Positions 24,626 to 35,291 are shown, counted from the first letter of the stretch. The stretch is DNA of 64,000 nt from Phycisphaerales bacterium (GCA_029260265.1 JAJDDO010000024.1:433458-497457), one strand, 5' to 3'. The notes: generated from the sequence alone by a model not told the origin. Numbers and translations: made by a program.

Positions 24626-26212
24626 ATGGAACCGGTGCCGATGGACCTTGAAACACTCATCTCGGGCTTGGATATCCGGGCGGTAGACGACCGGGCGGAT
24701 CTGTCGGCGATCAGGGTGTGCGATCTGACAGAGGATTCGCGTACCGCGGTGCCCGGGTCGTTGTTTATCGCGCGTGCGGGGCTGGTGAACGATGGGCGCG
24801 GGTACATCAGCGACGCGGTCGAGTGCGGCGCGGTCGCGGTGCTGACGGATTCGGTTGATGCAGCAAAGCCTGTCCGTCCGGGGGTTGTTGTGCTGATTGC
24901 GGATGACTTGCTGAAGGTATCCGGGTTGCTCGCCGAACGGTTCTGGGGTAATCCGGGGGAGAAACTCGCGATCGCTGGCGTGACGGGGACGAACGGCAAG
25001 ACCACCATCGCCCATTTCATCCACCAGCTTATCCGCGGGTGCGGGGTGCGTTGCGGGCTGATCGGGACGGTCGTCATTGATGACGGGCGAGAATCTGCAC
25101 GGGCGGCGATGACCACGCCCCCTGCGATTGAGCTGAGCCGAACCCTGGCGACGATGGTCGAGCATCACTGCCATGCGGTCGCGATGGAGGTCTCGAGCCA
25201 TGCGCTCGATCAGGGGCGGGCGTCGGCGATCGGTATTGATGCGGCGGTGTTCACGAACCTGACTGGCGATCACCTCGATTACCATGAGAGCTTTGAGGCG
25301 TACCGCGATGCGAAGGGCTTGTTGTTTGATGGGCTGGGCGAGGGAGCTTCGGCGGTGTTCATGAACGGGACTGATGATGGCGCCGGCATGGCCCAGCGGT
25401 GTGCACCCGGCGTTGATCAGGTGTGGTGCACGCTTGATGCAGGAGAATCTGGGAATGATGGGTGGGCGATCACAGTGCAGTCGCAGACGATCGAGGGGAT
25501 GAGGGTGCGTCTGCGCACGCCCATTGGTGATCTTGATGCCCATACACGGATTCTTGGCGTGTACAACGCGATGAATCTGATCGAAGCGGTTGCTGCTGCC
25601 GACGCGTTGCTCGCCAAGCTCGGCGTTGACGCCGACGAGCGGGTTGCGTCGTATATCAAGACGCTTACGCGGATGAAGCTGCCGCCCGGACGGCTCGAGC
25701 GCGTCGATGCAGAGGGCGACACAATCCGAGTCTTTGTGGACTTTGCGCACACCGACGATGCGCTGCGCTCGACGCTCGCGGGTGTGCGTGATCTGGTTGA
25801 TCCTACTGCGAGGCTCTGGGTGGTCTTTGGATGCGGCGGAAATCGAGATACGACCAAGCGGGCGCGGATGGGGGCGGTGGCGGCTGACGGGGCGGATCGG
25901 ATCGTGGTGACCAGCGACAATCCGAGGACAGAGAAGCCTTCGAAGATCGTGGATCAGGTGTTGTCTGGAATCGAGCATTCCGATCGGTATCGTGTAGAGG
26001 TTCAGGTTGATCGTGCAGCGGCGATCGCGCACGCGATCCGCATCGCGGAGCCGGGTGATGTAATTGTGATCGCGGGCAAGGGGCACGAGACCGAGCAGAT
26101 TCTTCCGCACCCCGCAGGCGGTGTATCAACGATCCACTTTGATGACCGAGAGCACGCGTATGAGGCACTCCGCGAGCGCCGGCTTCGGCTGATGGACACG
26201 GAGAAGCGTTGA
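24626..26212 (+). CDS. murE: UDP-N-acetylmuramoyl-L-alanyl-D-glutamate--2,6-diaminopimelate ligase
   Basis: GVTGTNGKTT P-loop. The DNPR motif (TSDNPRTE) indicates meso-DAP specificity. 528 aa. Confidence 0.92.
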   Translation: MEPVPMDLETLISGLDIRAVDDRADLSAIRVCDLTEDSRTAVPGSLFIARAGLVNDGRGYISDAVECGAVAVLTDSVDAAKPVRPGVVVLIADDLLKVSGLLAERFWGNPGEKLAIAGVTGTNGKTTIAHFIHQLIRGCGVRCGLIGTVVIDDGRESARAAMTTPPAIELSRTLATMVEHHCHAVAMEVSSHALDQGRASAIGIDAAVFTNLTGDHLDYHESFEAYRDAKGLLFDGLGEGASAVFMNGTDDGAGMAQRCAPGVDQVWCTLDAGESGNDGWAITVQSQTIEGMRVRLRTPIGDLDAHTRILGVYNAMNLIEAVAAADALLAKLGVDADERVASYIKTLTRMKLPPGRLERVDAEGDTIRVFVDFAHTDDALRSTLAGVRDLVDPTARLWVVFGCGGNRDTTKRARMGAVAADGADRIVVTSDNPRTEKPSKIVDQVLSGIEHSDRYRVEVQVDRAAAIAHAIRIAEPGDVIVIAGKGHETEQILPHPAGGVSTIHFDDREHAYEALRERRLRLMDTEKR

Positions 26213-27532
26213 ATGTGGTCATTCGAGCAGATCAGAGCCGTGACTGATGGCAGTTGGGTGGTTGAGCCGGGCGAGGATTCGCCGGCGCCGATGGGGGCAT
26301 CGATTGATTCTCGATCGGTGAGCAAAGGGCAGATCTTCTTTGCGTTCGTGGGCGAGCAGGTCGATGGGCACCGGTATCTCGGGGACGCCCAAGAACGCGG
26401 CGCGGGGCTGTTGGTGGTCACGGATGCGTCACGGGTGCCCGATGGTTTGCACACGCCGACGCTGTGTGTTGATGAACCCGTTGAAGCGTTGACCAAGCTC
26501 GCGGAGCATTGGCGGTCGATGATCGCCGCGAGGGTGATCGCGGTGACGGGTTCGAACGGGAAGACAACAACATGCCGAATGCTCGACGCGGTGCTCTCCG
26601 GTTTCGGCTCGGGTACGGTCTCGCAGAAGAGTTTTAACAATCAGCTCGGCGTGCCGATCACGGTGCTCAACGCCAAGGCGGACGATGCGTACCTTGTGTG
26701 CGAGATTGGGACAAGTTCGCCCGGCGAGGTGCTGGCAAGGACGACGCTGTGTGCGCCCGATGTTTCGGTGATTGTTTCCATTGGGCAGGCGCACCTCCAA
26801 GAGCTGGGCTCAACCGCAGGCGTGATCGCGGAAAAATCATGCATCGCACGAGGAGCGGGGGCGGTCGTGATTCCAGATGGGATCATTGGGCTCGAGGACG
26901 CGGTGCGCAGCCACAACCCGGGGCGCGTGATCGTTGTTGGCGCAGAAGAACGGGCGGCGGTCAGTCTGCTCGGCGATCACAACCAGCGCAACGCAGCGCT
27001 TGTTGCGAGGGTCTGCAGCGAGATGGGGATGGGCGATGATCAGATCAGCGATGGTCTTTCCCGGGTTCATCCGCCTCCGATGCGGCTTGAGCGCGTTGTT
27101 GTGCAGACGGAGCACGAGCCGATTGTGGTGATCAATGATGCGTACAACGCGAATCCGGATTCGATGCTCGGCTCGATCGAGGTGCTCTGTGGGTTCGATT
27201 CAACTGGCAGGCGTGTCGCGGTGCTTGGAGATATGCTCGAACTCGGTGATCAATCATTGCATGCTCATCAAGCGGTGCTCGGATGGGCGTGCGATCACGA
27301 ACGGGTTGATCTGGTGATCACCCTCGGCGAGCACTTTGCAGGTGCGGCGGGCGGCGAGGGTGGCTCGCAAAGTATTGCTGGATCAGACAATGCGTCGATT
27401 GAACAGGCAGCGAGGCTGATCGAGCCGGGTGATGTTGTGCTACTCAAGGGGTCACGCTCGATGCGCATCGAGCGTGTGCTCGGTGCCCTCCGTGATCGGT
27501 TTGGCTGCGGGGCAAGCGAGGGAAAGGGATAG
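26213..27532 (+). CDS. murF: UDP-N-acetylmuramoyl-tripeptide--D-alanyl-D-alanine ligase
   Basis: VTGSNGKTTT P-loop, Mur ligase middle and C-terminal blocks, and a TGAATG junction with murE. Confidence 0.9.
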   Translation: MWSFEQIRAVTDGSWVVEPGEDSPAPMGASIDSRSVSKGQIFFAFVGEQVDGHRYLGDAQERGAGLLVVTDASRVPDGLHTPTLCVDEPVEALTKLAEHWRSMIAARVIAVTGSNGKTTTCRMLDAVLSGFGSGTVSQKSFNNQLGVPITVLNAKADDAYLVCEIGTSSPGEVLARTTLCAPDVSVIVSIGQAHLQELGSTAGVIAEKSCIARGAGAVVIPDGIIGLEDAVRSHNPGRVIVVGAEERAAVSLLGDHNQRNAALVARVCSEMGMGDDQISDGLSRVHPPPMRLERVVVQTEHEPIVVINDAYNANPDSMLGSIEVLCGFDSTGRRVAVLGDMLELGDQSLHAHQAVLGWACDHERVDLVITLGEHFAGAAGGEGGSQSIAGSDNASIEQAARLIEPGDVVLLKGSRSMRIERVLGALRDRFGCGASEGKG

Positions 27533-27541
27533 ACTGGATCG

Positions 27542-28738
27542 ATGCTTTATGTGCTGCTCGACATCATGCGTGAATGGTTGACCAAGATCGGGCTGTATCC
27601 GGTTGTTGGGGTGCTTGATCAGATCCAGTTTCGCGCGATGGCCGCGGCCGGTCTTTCATTTCTGCTCGTGGTGATCTTGGGCAAGCGGGTGATCCGGAAG
27701 TTGATTTCGTTGAAGATTGGCGACGGCGGAGAGACCGACGCCGAGTTGCTCCGCGAGCACGCTGCAACCAAGGCGCATGTGCCCACGATGGGCGGGGTGA
27801 TGATTGTTGGTGCGATTTTTATCAGCACTTTTTTGCTCGCTGATATCCGGGTGAACTGGGTGTATCTTGGATTGTTTGTGATGATCTGGCTTGCCTGCGT
27901 GGGCGGGGCGGATGATTGGCTCAAACTCACCGCGACTCAGAGGGGCACCGGGCGCCAGGGGTTGTTTGCGTGGGAGAAGTTGGTTTTTCAGATCGGGCTT
28001 GGTTTACTCGTCGGGCTGTTCGCGTATCGGTATGGGACCGTGATTGATGACGGTGTGGTGCAAGAGTCGATGGGGCATGTGCTCAATATTCCTTTCCAGC
28101 GTTCATACGACCCGACGACGAAGTTCCCCGCGGAGGGTTTGATTTACCTTGGATTGCCGGCGTTTATGATTCTCTCGGTGCTGATGATCACAGGGATGAG
28201 CAACGCGGTGAATATCACCGACGGGATGGACGGGCTGGCGGCGGGCACGAGCGGGATCGTCAGTTTCGGGTTGATTTTGCTCGCGCTGGTTTGCGGCACA
28301 CAGGGCGCGGCGCAGTACCTGCTGGTGCCTCATGTGGTGCTGACCGACGAGGTTGCGGTGCTTGCCGGCGCGATGGCGGGTGCGTGCCTGGGGTTTTTGT
28401 GGTGGAACTGCAGACCCGCGCAGGTTTTCATGGGCGATACTGGGAGTTTGGCGCTGGGCGGCACCATCGGGTACATCGCGTTGATCCTGCATCAAGAGTT
28501 CGTGGTGCTCGTGATGTGTGGCGTCTTCATCCTCGAGATCCTCTCGGTGGTTCTCCAGGTCGGCTGGTTCAAGTACACACGGATCAAAACCGGGACCGGC
28601 AGGCGGATCTTTCGGATCGCGCCGTTCCATCACCATCTTCATCAAGGCGGATGGGCGGAGAATCAGGTGGTCGTGCGGCTATGGATCTTCGCGATCGTGC
28701 TCAGCGTGGTCGCGATGGCATCACTCAAACTGAGGTGA
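27542..28738 (+). CDS. mraY: Phospho-N-acetylmuramoyl-pentapeptide transferase
   Basis: Polytopic membrane protein with the NAVNITDGMDGLA and FMGDTGSLALGG motifs. 398 aa. Confidence 0.93.
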   Translation: MLYVLLDIMREWLTKIGLYPVVGVLDQIQFRAMAAAGLSFLLVVILGKRVIRKLISLKIGDGGETDAELLREHAATKAHVPTMGGVMIVGAIFISTFLLADIRVNWVYLGLFVMIWLACVGGADDWLKLTATQRGTGRQGLFAWEKLVFQIGLGLLVGLFAYRYGTVIDDGVVQESMGHVLNIPFQRSYDPTTKFPAEGLIYLGLPAFMILSVLMITGMSNAVNITDGMDGLAAGTSGIVSFGLILLALVCGTQGAAQYLLVPHVVLTDEVAVLAGAMAGACLGFLWWNCRPAQVFMGDTGSLALGGTIGYIALILHQEFVVLVMCGVFILEILSVVLQVGWFKYTRIKTGTGRRIFRIAPFHHHLHQGGWAENQVVVRLWIFAIVLSVVAMASLKLR

Positions 28739-29938
28739 GCCGTTGACGAGCAGCCTCGGTGAGAGCAACCAAACACGATCTTGGATCGGTCCGTAGTTCC
28801 CCGGATCAATGCGGACCTCGATCGCGACGGTCCTCGCGGGCACGGGCTCGTTGATGTCCTGAAAACCAGACTCGCTTGTTAATCTTGCGGACCAGATTAC
28901 GGTCTCAGCGCCTGAAGAATCGATGGCGATGAGCGATGTCTCGTTGTCGGTCCAGGGGCGGTGTTCGGTTCGGATGGTAACGCTCAGCCGCTCGGAACCA
29001 GCAGGGGTCTTCCAGCGCACGCCCGCAGGAGATGGGATTTTGATCGCGGTGCTTTCTGGTCCTGCCCATGAGTTGACGATGGTGACGGGCTGGGGGATCC
29101 AGTCGCGATCAAACGCGGGGACGATAGAGATCGGGTCGGATGTGGTGGGGTTGATCAGGAACTTGCCTTCTGGCTTTCTCTCCATCGCGGCCAGGACCGA
29201 TTCGAGTTGGTGCCCGGAATCTTGCGCATCGAGATGAATCGGATCGTCTGGGATGATTGTGAGTAAACGGTTTTGGTCGAACCGGGCATCGCGCACGCGG
29301 ATGCGTTCGCCGATCGCGGTATGGATGTAGATGCCCGGCGTATAGACCCGTGGATTTTGGATCTGCACGGTGTCGATCAGATCGAGTCTGATTGTGCGCT
29401 CGTTGGTATCGGTTTCGAGGACAAGCGACGGACCGACCGACGAGATGAATCCACCGAGCCGATCACCGTTGGTCAGGATGACAAGATCGTCGTCGGAAGG
29501 CTCGGGGTCTGTGTTGCTTTGTCTCTGGATGGTAAGCACGCGATCGAGTGGTATACCCACGGGTTGCCCGCCGTCGATTCTCGTGCCGAGGATGATGTCC
29601 GGATCATTGCTCTGCTCGATCAAGACCCGCAGCCGTTGTCCATCGGTGAGTTCGATGAGCAACGATTCACCGATCATGGAAGATGAGACGAGAGACGCGG
29701 GTGTTGTGGTCGAATGGGTCCATGCGGCAAGGATTGCTTCCGTGGTGAAGGATCGTTCGATGCCGTCGCGATCCGTGCCGGTGAATCCGGATTGGGTGCT
29801 GAAGGAATCAACGCGCAGCGGATGCACCACAAGATCATTGGTCAAGATATTGCTCAGCGAATCATGCTGTGCGATGGCCGTTGTGTGCAAGAGGCACCAG
29901 GCGAACAGGAGAGCGGCTTTGAGGGTGGCTTTGATCAT
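28721..29938 (-). CDS. Secreted hypothetical protein (last gene of the DUF58/BatA-type operon)
   Basis: 405 aa. Signal peptide MIKATLKAALLFAWCLLHTTAIA. The start overlaps the upstream stop by 4 nt. The 3' end overlaps the mraY 3' end by 18 nt (convergent). Confidence 0.7.
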   Translation of the reverse strand: MIKATLKAALLFAWCLLHTTAIAQHDSLSNILTNDLVVHPLRVDSFSTQSGFTGTDRDGIERSFTTEAILAAWTHSTTTPASLVSSSMIGESLLIELTDGQRLRVLIEQSNDPDIILGTRIDGGQPVGIPLDRVLTIQRQSNTDPEPSDDDLVILTNGDRLGGFISSVGPSLVLETDTNERTIRLDLIDTVQIQNPRVYTPGIYIHTAIGERIRVRDARFDQNRLLTIIPDDPIHLDAQDSGHQLESVLAAMERKPEGKFLINPTTSDPISIVPAFDRDWIPQPVTIVNSWAGPESTAIKIPSPAGVRWKTPAGSERLSVTIRTEHRPWTDNETSLIAIDSSGAETVIWSARLTSESGFQDINEPVPARTVAIEVRIDPGNYGPIQDRVWLLSPRLLVNGSPQFE

Positions 29939-30978
29939 TTCTGAAAGATCGGCATGTATCGCTTGGGCATCTGGAGGATGATGAGTGCCATCGCGGTGCC
30001 ATAGGTTTTTCCGACCGAGCGATCATCCCAGCCGCCGTCGGTTGTCTGTGCAGCAAGAAGTTCTTCACGGATGGCGGGCCACCATGCTGCCCAGTGCTCG
30101 CCCCCCGCGAGGTAGGCGCATTGGACCGCGTAGTAGTGCCCGTAAAAATAGTGCGAACGCACCGGAGCACCTCGCCCGGGCGTTGCGTTGTTCTCGATAT
30201 AGGTGAGCCCGTTGTCGATCGCATCGTCCTCATAGATCCCTGCATAGAACAGGCTGGCAACACCGGCAGCGGTTCTCGGCCAGGCGCTCGAGCCGGAGCC
30301 AATCTGGTACTTGAATCCGCCGTCGGCGCTCTGGCACTGGCGGACATACTCGACCGCCCGATCAATAGTCGATGTAGAGACCTCGATCCCCGCGTTGCGC
30401 GCCGAGCGGAGCGCCATGATCTGGCAGATCGTGACCGAGACATCCGCATCGTAAGGCACGGGGTTGTATCGCCACCCGCCGTCTTCGTTTTGGGTCTGCT
30501 CGATCAGGCGCACTGCTTTGACGAGTGTCTCGTAGAGCTTCTGCGAGCGTGCGGTGTTCTCGCCGCCGGCGGACATGCCGTAGACCTCGCCGAGGAACAG
30601 CGTGGCGAATCCGTGCCCGTACATCGGGCCGTTGGTGGATTGCGAGGTGATGAGCCCCGAATCCGTCGACGATTGAAGAACAAACCCGACGCCTCGATCG
30701 ACGGCGTCGCTGTAGATGCCTCGCCCGGGCAGGTTGCCGTCGCTCATCAATGCGATGCACGCGAGCGAAGTGATGGCAACATTCTTCCCGAACCGCCCGT
30801 CGGACCATGAACCGTCCTCGTCCTGGGTCCGCGCGAGGTAGGCGAGCCCCTCCTTGGTTGCGGCGTCGAGTTCGGGTGTGATCTCTGAATCTGTTGCAGC
30901 ATTCTGCGCAGAGTCTGGCTGCGCAGGCAGCGGGGCGGTGAACAGCGAGAGCAGCATGACGAGGAGCGGGAATCTCAT
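29935..30978 (-). CDS. Secreted prenyltransferase/squalene-oxidase-repeat (alpha/alpha-toroid) protein
   Basis: 347 aa. Signal peptide MRFPLLVMLLSLFTAPLPA. Repeated Q-x-x-DG-(S/G)-W units (QDEDGSWS, QNEDGGWRY, QSADGGFKY, QTTDGGWD). Confidence 0.75.
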   Translation of the reverse strand: MRFPLLVMLLSLFTAPLPAQPDSAQNAATDSEITPELDAATKEGLAYLARTQDEDGSWSDGRFGKNVAITSLACIALMSDGNLPGRGIYSDAVDRGVGFVLQSSTDSGLITSQSTNGPMYGHGFATLFLGEVYGMSAGGENTARSQKLYETLVKAVRLIEQTQNEDGGWRYNPVPYDADVSVTICQIMALRSARNAGIEVSTSTIDRAVEYVRQCQSADGGFKYQIGSGSSAWPRTAAGVASLFYAGIYEDDAIDNGLTYIENNATPGRGAPVRSHYFYGHYYAVQCAYLAGGEHWAAWWPAIREELLAAQTTDGGWDDRSVGKTYGTAMALIILQMPKRYMPIFQK

Positions 30979-31610
30979 TCGGTCTCCTCGGCGAGTGCGC
31001 GGTAGTATTCTTCAGTGAGCTTGCGGTAGAGTTCAGAATAGGTGTCGTTGAGTCCTTGGGTGAGCGCCTTGCGGACACGATCGGGCAGATTGCCCCACCC
31101 CGCCGCCCCCATCGCGGGTGCATCGGCGAGTTGCCCCTCACTCAGCCCGGGCGGGGTAGATGGGTCATCGCCCGAGTTGGATGATTCGTCGGATTGCTGC
31201 TGCGACTGTGGTTGATCGGGTTGCTGCTGTTGAGCGCCCGGCGGGCTGGATGACTGCCCACCCGAAGAGTTCTGGTTTTCGTTTGCCGATTCGATGACCG
31301 CGTCGAGCTTGTCGATGATGCTCTGCTGTAATCGTTGGGTGTCCAGGCTCAGCCCTGTTTCTTCGCCGATTTGATTGGCGGCTTGATCCATCATCGAGAC
31401 CGCTTGGGCGAACGCCTCGCCCGCCTGATGCTCGGACAATGCCTGATCGAGTTCCTTATTGATTTTGACTGGTTGTTCGGCGTCGGGATCAGTGCCTTTT
31501 TCTACAAGCCCGAGCAACTCGTCGAGTGTCGGCAGCGGATCATCCCCGTATGCGAATTCAGTAGTAAGAACCGAGGCTGCGATGAACACAGAGAGACCGA
31601 TGCGGATCAT
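30975..31610 (-). CDS. Secreted low-complexity (Q/S/D-rich) hypothetical protein
   Basis: 211 aa with an N-terminal hydrophobic segment. 4-nt overlaps with both neighbouring genes. Confidence 0.65.
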   Translation of the reverse strand: MIRIGLSVFIAASVLTTEFAYGDDPLPTLDELLGLVEKGTDPDAEQPVKINKELDQALSEHQAGEAFAQAVSMMDQAANQIGEETGLSLDTQRLQQSIIDKLDAVIESANENQNSSGGQSSSPPGAQQQQPDQPQSQQQSDESSNSGDDPSTPPGLSEGQLADAPAMGAAGWGNLPDRVRKALTQGLNDTYSELYRKLTEEYYRALAEETE

Positions 31611-34600
31611 GGCGATTCCTCCTGTGGATCGCTTGGCCCGGACGGTTCGAGCGAGCCCTCGCGTGGTTTTACCTGAACGGGTGTGTTCGGTTTGGGGTTG
31701 CCTTGCTCTTGTTGCCTGCTGAGTTCGTCGATAAGCAGCTTGCCCTCGCCGGCAATCTGTTGTTGAAGATCGACCAGTGCGCGGACGGCTTCGTTGTCCG
31801 GCGCGCTCTGTGCGTTGTTGAGCGCCCGGGTCTGATCGGCGGCCAACTGCTGCAACGAGCGGAGCAAGCGGAGCTGGGCGATCGGCGGGATGACGGGTTC
31901 TTCTTGACCTGATGATGAGCCAGAGCCGGACCCGCCGCTGCTCTGCCCATCTTCAAATTCTTTCTGCTCGCTGGGTGCGTCGCTGAGTACTTCGACGAGT
32001 GCGCTCAGCATGTGAATCGCGGACTGGTGATGCGTGGTGAGCGAGGCGGGAACGGCTTGTTCATTGAGCGCCCGGCTCGCGGCGTCCATCGCCCGATCGA
32101 GCTGGGAATGAGTGAATGCAAAGACCGATGCATCGGCGAGGTCCTGGGTATCGGCGATCATTGCATCGAGCGCAGTACGAAGCTCATCTTGCTGTCGCCC
32201 GATGGCGCGAGATTCTGAACGCTGGCGGCGGGTGAGCTTGTTGCCGATGTATCCGACAGACAGATCGCGGATTTGCACCTGCGTGTCCAACGCCTCTTGG
32301 TAATGCCCGCGAAGCTCTTCACGCAGACGACGCGATTCGCGATTGGCGGCCTGCTCTTCAAGGCGTTGAGCGTCGGCGAGCGCTTGCTGAAGATGATGCA
32401 GCGCGTTGCGCTCATGCTGCTCTGCTTCGGCATGGTCTACCGGTGCCGACCGGAGTACACCGACGGCGATTGATTGGGCGTCGGCGGCTTGGGCGAGGTG
32501 ATCGGCGATGGTCTGTGTTTCAGGGAATGCGCCGTTGGCAGCGTCTCGTACGCCGAGGGTATTCTCAATGAGCGAGATCAACTCGGTGTCGAGATGGTCT
32601 TCACGCGATGCGAGCTTTGCAAGATGCGCAGTCTGCGACGCGATAAGAGTGTTGAGCTGGTCGATAATCGTCGCGAGCTGACGGCGGAGTGCAGAGTCCC
32701 GATTGCGGGCGGCGTGATCAATCTCTTCGAGCATTGAATCGAGCTCATTCATCGCGGCTTGTTGAGACTGTGAAGCCTCTCCGGTCTGGTTGCCCGCAAC
32801 CTCGTCGGAAGCCTGGCGGAGTGTCTGCTCGATCTGCGAGCCCCGCCCTTGTGCCGCTGCACGCCGAAGCGCTTCGGCCTGAGTGGGATCGGTTTCTTGC
32901 AACGCCTCGGCGCGTTCGTCGAGCTCGTCGAGCATCGCTCGGGCGCGTTCGGCGCTTTCACGCTGGCGTTCAAGGATTTTTTCAAGCGTGGTGCGTTCGT
33001 CTGCGGAGAGTTCTGCGATTGATTTCCCTGCGCTGCTGGCGTTGAGGGAATCGGTTTGTTCTTTGAGCCGTCTGATCTCGTCGCGGAGTTCTTGTACAGA
33101 ACGCCGCGCGAGCCAGCTATCTTGACCGCGATCGAGCATCTCGAGCACACGCCCGAGCCGATCACGGACGAGTTGCTGTTCTTGCAACGCACGATCTTGG
33201 CGTCTTTGATCGATCTGGGCTGCCGCGTCGTCCGCGGCTTCCGCGGCCTGCTCGAGCGCCGTGACCGACTCTTGGAGCATCGATCGAAACGACGGATCCT
33301 CGATGTCGTTGGTCGATGCGACCTGCTCAGCATGTTCGAGCACGCGTTGCTGGGATTGGATCTGCTCGCTCAGCGATCGCTGATCCCGCGAAGAGTTGAG
33401 CTTGCCCGATTCGAGTTGCTGTTGAAGTGTTGATTGCTGCTCGTCGAGGCGTTTGATGGCGGCGAGCACCGGGGCGATTGTTCGTTGGATCTGCTCGGTC
33501 ATCTCGGTGTCGTCGACGATGCGGATGATGCGTGGCTCTGATTTGATCGGCTCGGCAAGTGCCGCGTGGACTGATTCGTTGAGCAGATCGATCGCGTGGG
33601 CACTGATCCAGATCTCGTCGCCGGGCTTGGGCTCCAGTGTACTGATGTCGAGTTCGGTGTTGAGCGTATGTGTTGAAGTGGTGTCGTTTTGCCCTCCGCG
33701 TGCGATTTCCATGGAGAGCACCGCTTCGGGCTGGGCGCCTGATGAATCGGATCTCGGTTGAGCGTGCGTAGCCGACACCCAAATGCTTGCGAGCCCGATG
33801 TCATCGACAAACTGCGCAGCGATGGGCATCGTTGCGCGGGGTGTGGCGATGAGGTCGCGGTCCGGATCAACCACCGATGCGGTGGGCGGCGAATCGGTGT
33901 GCACAAGCATGTCGATGACGATCTGATCTCGAACCGAGATGCCTAGACGGTCAACAAAGCGTGGTTCAAGAACAACAGACTCGCGTGCGTGAAACCGCAG
34001 CTCGACAGTGCGATCGTTCGGCTGCAAGAGCTCTGATTCATGGAACTTTGAGCGGGCAGATTGAACCCATTTTGGTGTTCGTGCGCGATCAATCTTGATT
34101 GGCTTTGAAAAGGACCACCGGATCGCGACCGCTGAATCGGCCAAGATCGGTTTGGTCACGATTTGCGGGCCTTCGGACAGCGTTGTCGGCGAGCTGAGGA
34201 TGACGGACGGCTCGGCGTTTGATGCGTACGCCGGCGAATCGACCGTTATCTTTGTTTCGAGCAGCTCGGGCGGCCTCGCCAGGGTGATGCGTGTTGTGCC
34301 GGTGCGGTCGTCGTCTGTTTCGATGCGGTACTCAAGGGAGAGCTCGCTGGCATCGGTCCGATCGGCGAACGAACGCGTATCGAGCAGCGACTCATACACC
34401 CGCCCCTCGGCGCCCGGTTTGGTCGGTTGGGCAGCGAGCAAGGTCCGGTTGTGGGAACTCAGCGGCCGCTGGTTGCCATCAAGCACCCGCCAATGAACAA
34501 CCGCGTTGGCATCGCTGAGCGACGGGGCGACCAGGGCACGCACGCGGAAGGACTCGTCGATCGCGTGGGCGGTCTTTTTTGTCGCATCATTGATCTCAAA

Positions 34601-35203
34601 TCGCTTGGGCCACGATGCGTCTGACCAAGGGGCCAAGGCTCGGCGGAGACCGATGGAGCTCATCGCTGGCGAACGAATCACCGGGATCGCTGCGAGCAGC
34701 ATGATCACTAGCAACACGCCCGCAGCGTGCAGGGTCTGATCGAGACGCAGGACAGATGCCGGTCGGCGGGTGCGTGATGCCGCCCGCGTGATTGCTGCAT
34801 CACGCAATGCCGATTCGATCGGGCTCTGCGGATCGAGCCGCTCTAGCTCAAGAGCGCCCGCGAGCATCCCGCGAGAAGATTCGTCCTGCTGCTCAATCCG
34901 GAGTGCGAGATCGGTCCGTGAGAACCGCGTTCGCAGAGAGGGAATGATCAGCCGAACAGTGAGTCGGGCAAAGATCACAAGCAGGGCTGCAAGCAGAATA
35001 ACCCGCACGCCAATCGGTAGCCGAAGGGCGTAGTCCACGAGGATTATCAGCGTGATGGTGCCCACAAGCGCCGCGAGGCTCCAGCCGAGGGCTCGGACGA
35101 CCAGCAGCATCCGTGCTCGGGCAGCGATCGAACCCAGCGCGGATCTGAGTTGCTCGATCGTGATTTCCCTTGCATCGCTCTGTCTGGTGATCTGCGTGTT
35201 CAT
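31607..35203 (-). CDS. Large membrane-anchored protein with long C-terminal coiled-coil (DUF4175-like?)
   Basis: 1198 aa. Two or three N-terminal TM segments (LGWSLAALVGTITLIILV, VRVILLAALLVIFARL, AAGVLLVIMLLAAIPVI), a central beta-rich part, and about 500 aa of E/Q/R/A/L-rich heptad-like sequence. The DUF name is memory-based. Confidence 0.75.
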   Translation of the reverse strand: MNTQITRQSDAREITIEQLRSALGSIAARARMLLVVRALGWSLAALVGTITLIILVDYALRLPIGVRVILLAALLVIFARLTVRLIIPSLRTRFSRTDLALRIEQQDESSRGMLAGALELERLDPQSPIESALRDAAITRAASRTRRPASVLRLDQTLHAAGVLLVIMLLAAIPVIRSPAMSSIGLRRALAPWSDASWPKRFEINDATKKTAHAIDESFRVRALVAPSLSDANAVVHWRVLDGNQRPLSSHNRTLLAAQPTKPGAEGRVYESLLDTRSFADRTDASELSLEYRIETDDDRTGTTRITLARPPELLETKITVDSPAYASNAEPSVILSSPTTLSEGPQIVTKPILADSAVAIRWSFSKPIKIDRARTPKWVQSARSKFHESELLQPNDRTVELRFHARESVVLEPRFVDRLGISVRDQIVIDMLVHTDSPPTASVVDPDRDLIATPRATMPIAAQFVDDIGLASIWVSATHAQPRSDSSGAQPEAVLSMEIARGGQNDTTSTHTLNTELDISTLEPKPGDEIWISAHAIDLLNESVHAALAEPIKSEPRIIRIVDDTEMTEQIQRTIAPVLAAIKRLDEQQSTLQQQLESGKLNSSRDQRSLSEQIQSQQRVLEHAEQVASTNDIEDPSFRSMLQESVTALEQAAEAADDAAAQIDQRRQDRALQEQQLVRDRLGRVLEMLDRGQDSWLARRSVQELRDEIRRLKEQTDSLNASSAGKSIAELSADERTTLEKILERQRESAERARAMLDELDERAEALQETDPTQAEALRRAAAQGRGSQIEQTLRQASDEVAGNQTGEASQSQQAAMNELDSMLEEIDHAARNRDSALRRQLATIIDQLNTLIASQTAHLAKLASREDHLDTELISLIENTLGVRDAANGAFPETQTIADHLAQAADAQSIAVGVLRSAPVDHAEAEQHERNALHHLQQALADAQRLEEQAANRESRRLREELRGHYQEALDTQVQIRDLSVGYIGNKLTRRQRSESRAIGRQQDELRTALDAMIADTQDLADASVFAFTHSQLDRAMDAASRALNEQAVPASLTTHHQSAIHMLSALVEVLSDAPSEQKEFEDGQSSGGSGSGSSSGQEEPVIPPIAQLRLLRSLQQLAADQTRALNNAQSAPDNEAVRALVDLQQQIAGEGKLLIDELSRQQEQGNPKPNTPVQVKPREGSLEPSGPSDPQEESP

Positions 35204-35291
35204 CTGTTGTACTGTACCGGTTCACCCGCCCGGGGGTTCGGGTTTGTGGGCGATTGTCGCCAAGAGATTGCTACTTTCGTGCCCAGATCGT

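Noticed and set aside
24590-26110. 506-aa minus-strand ORF
   Set aside because: It is fully antisense to murE. The translation is Arg/His/Pro-rich junk with no motifs, a long shadow ORF typical of high-GC genes.
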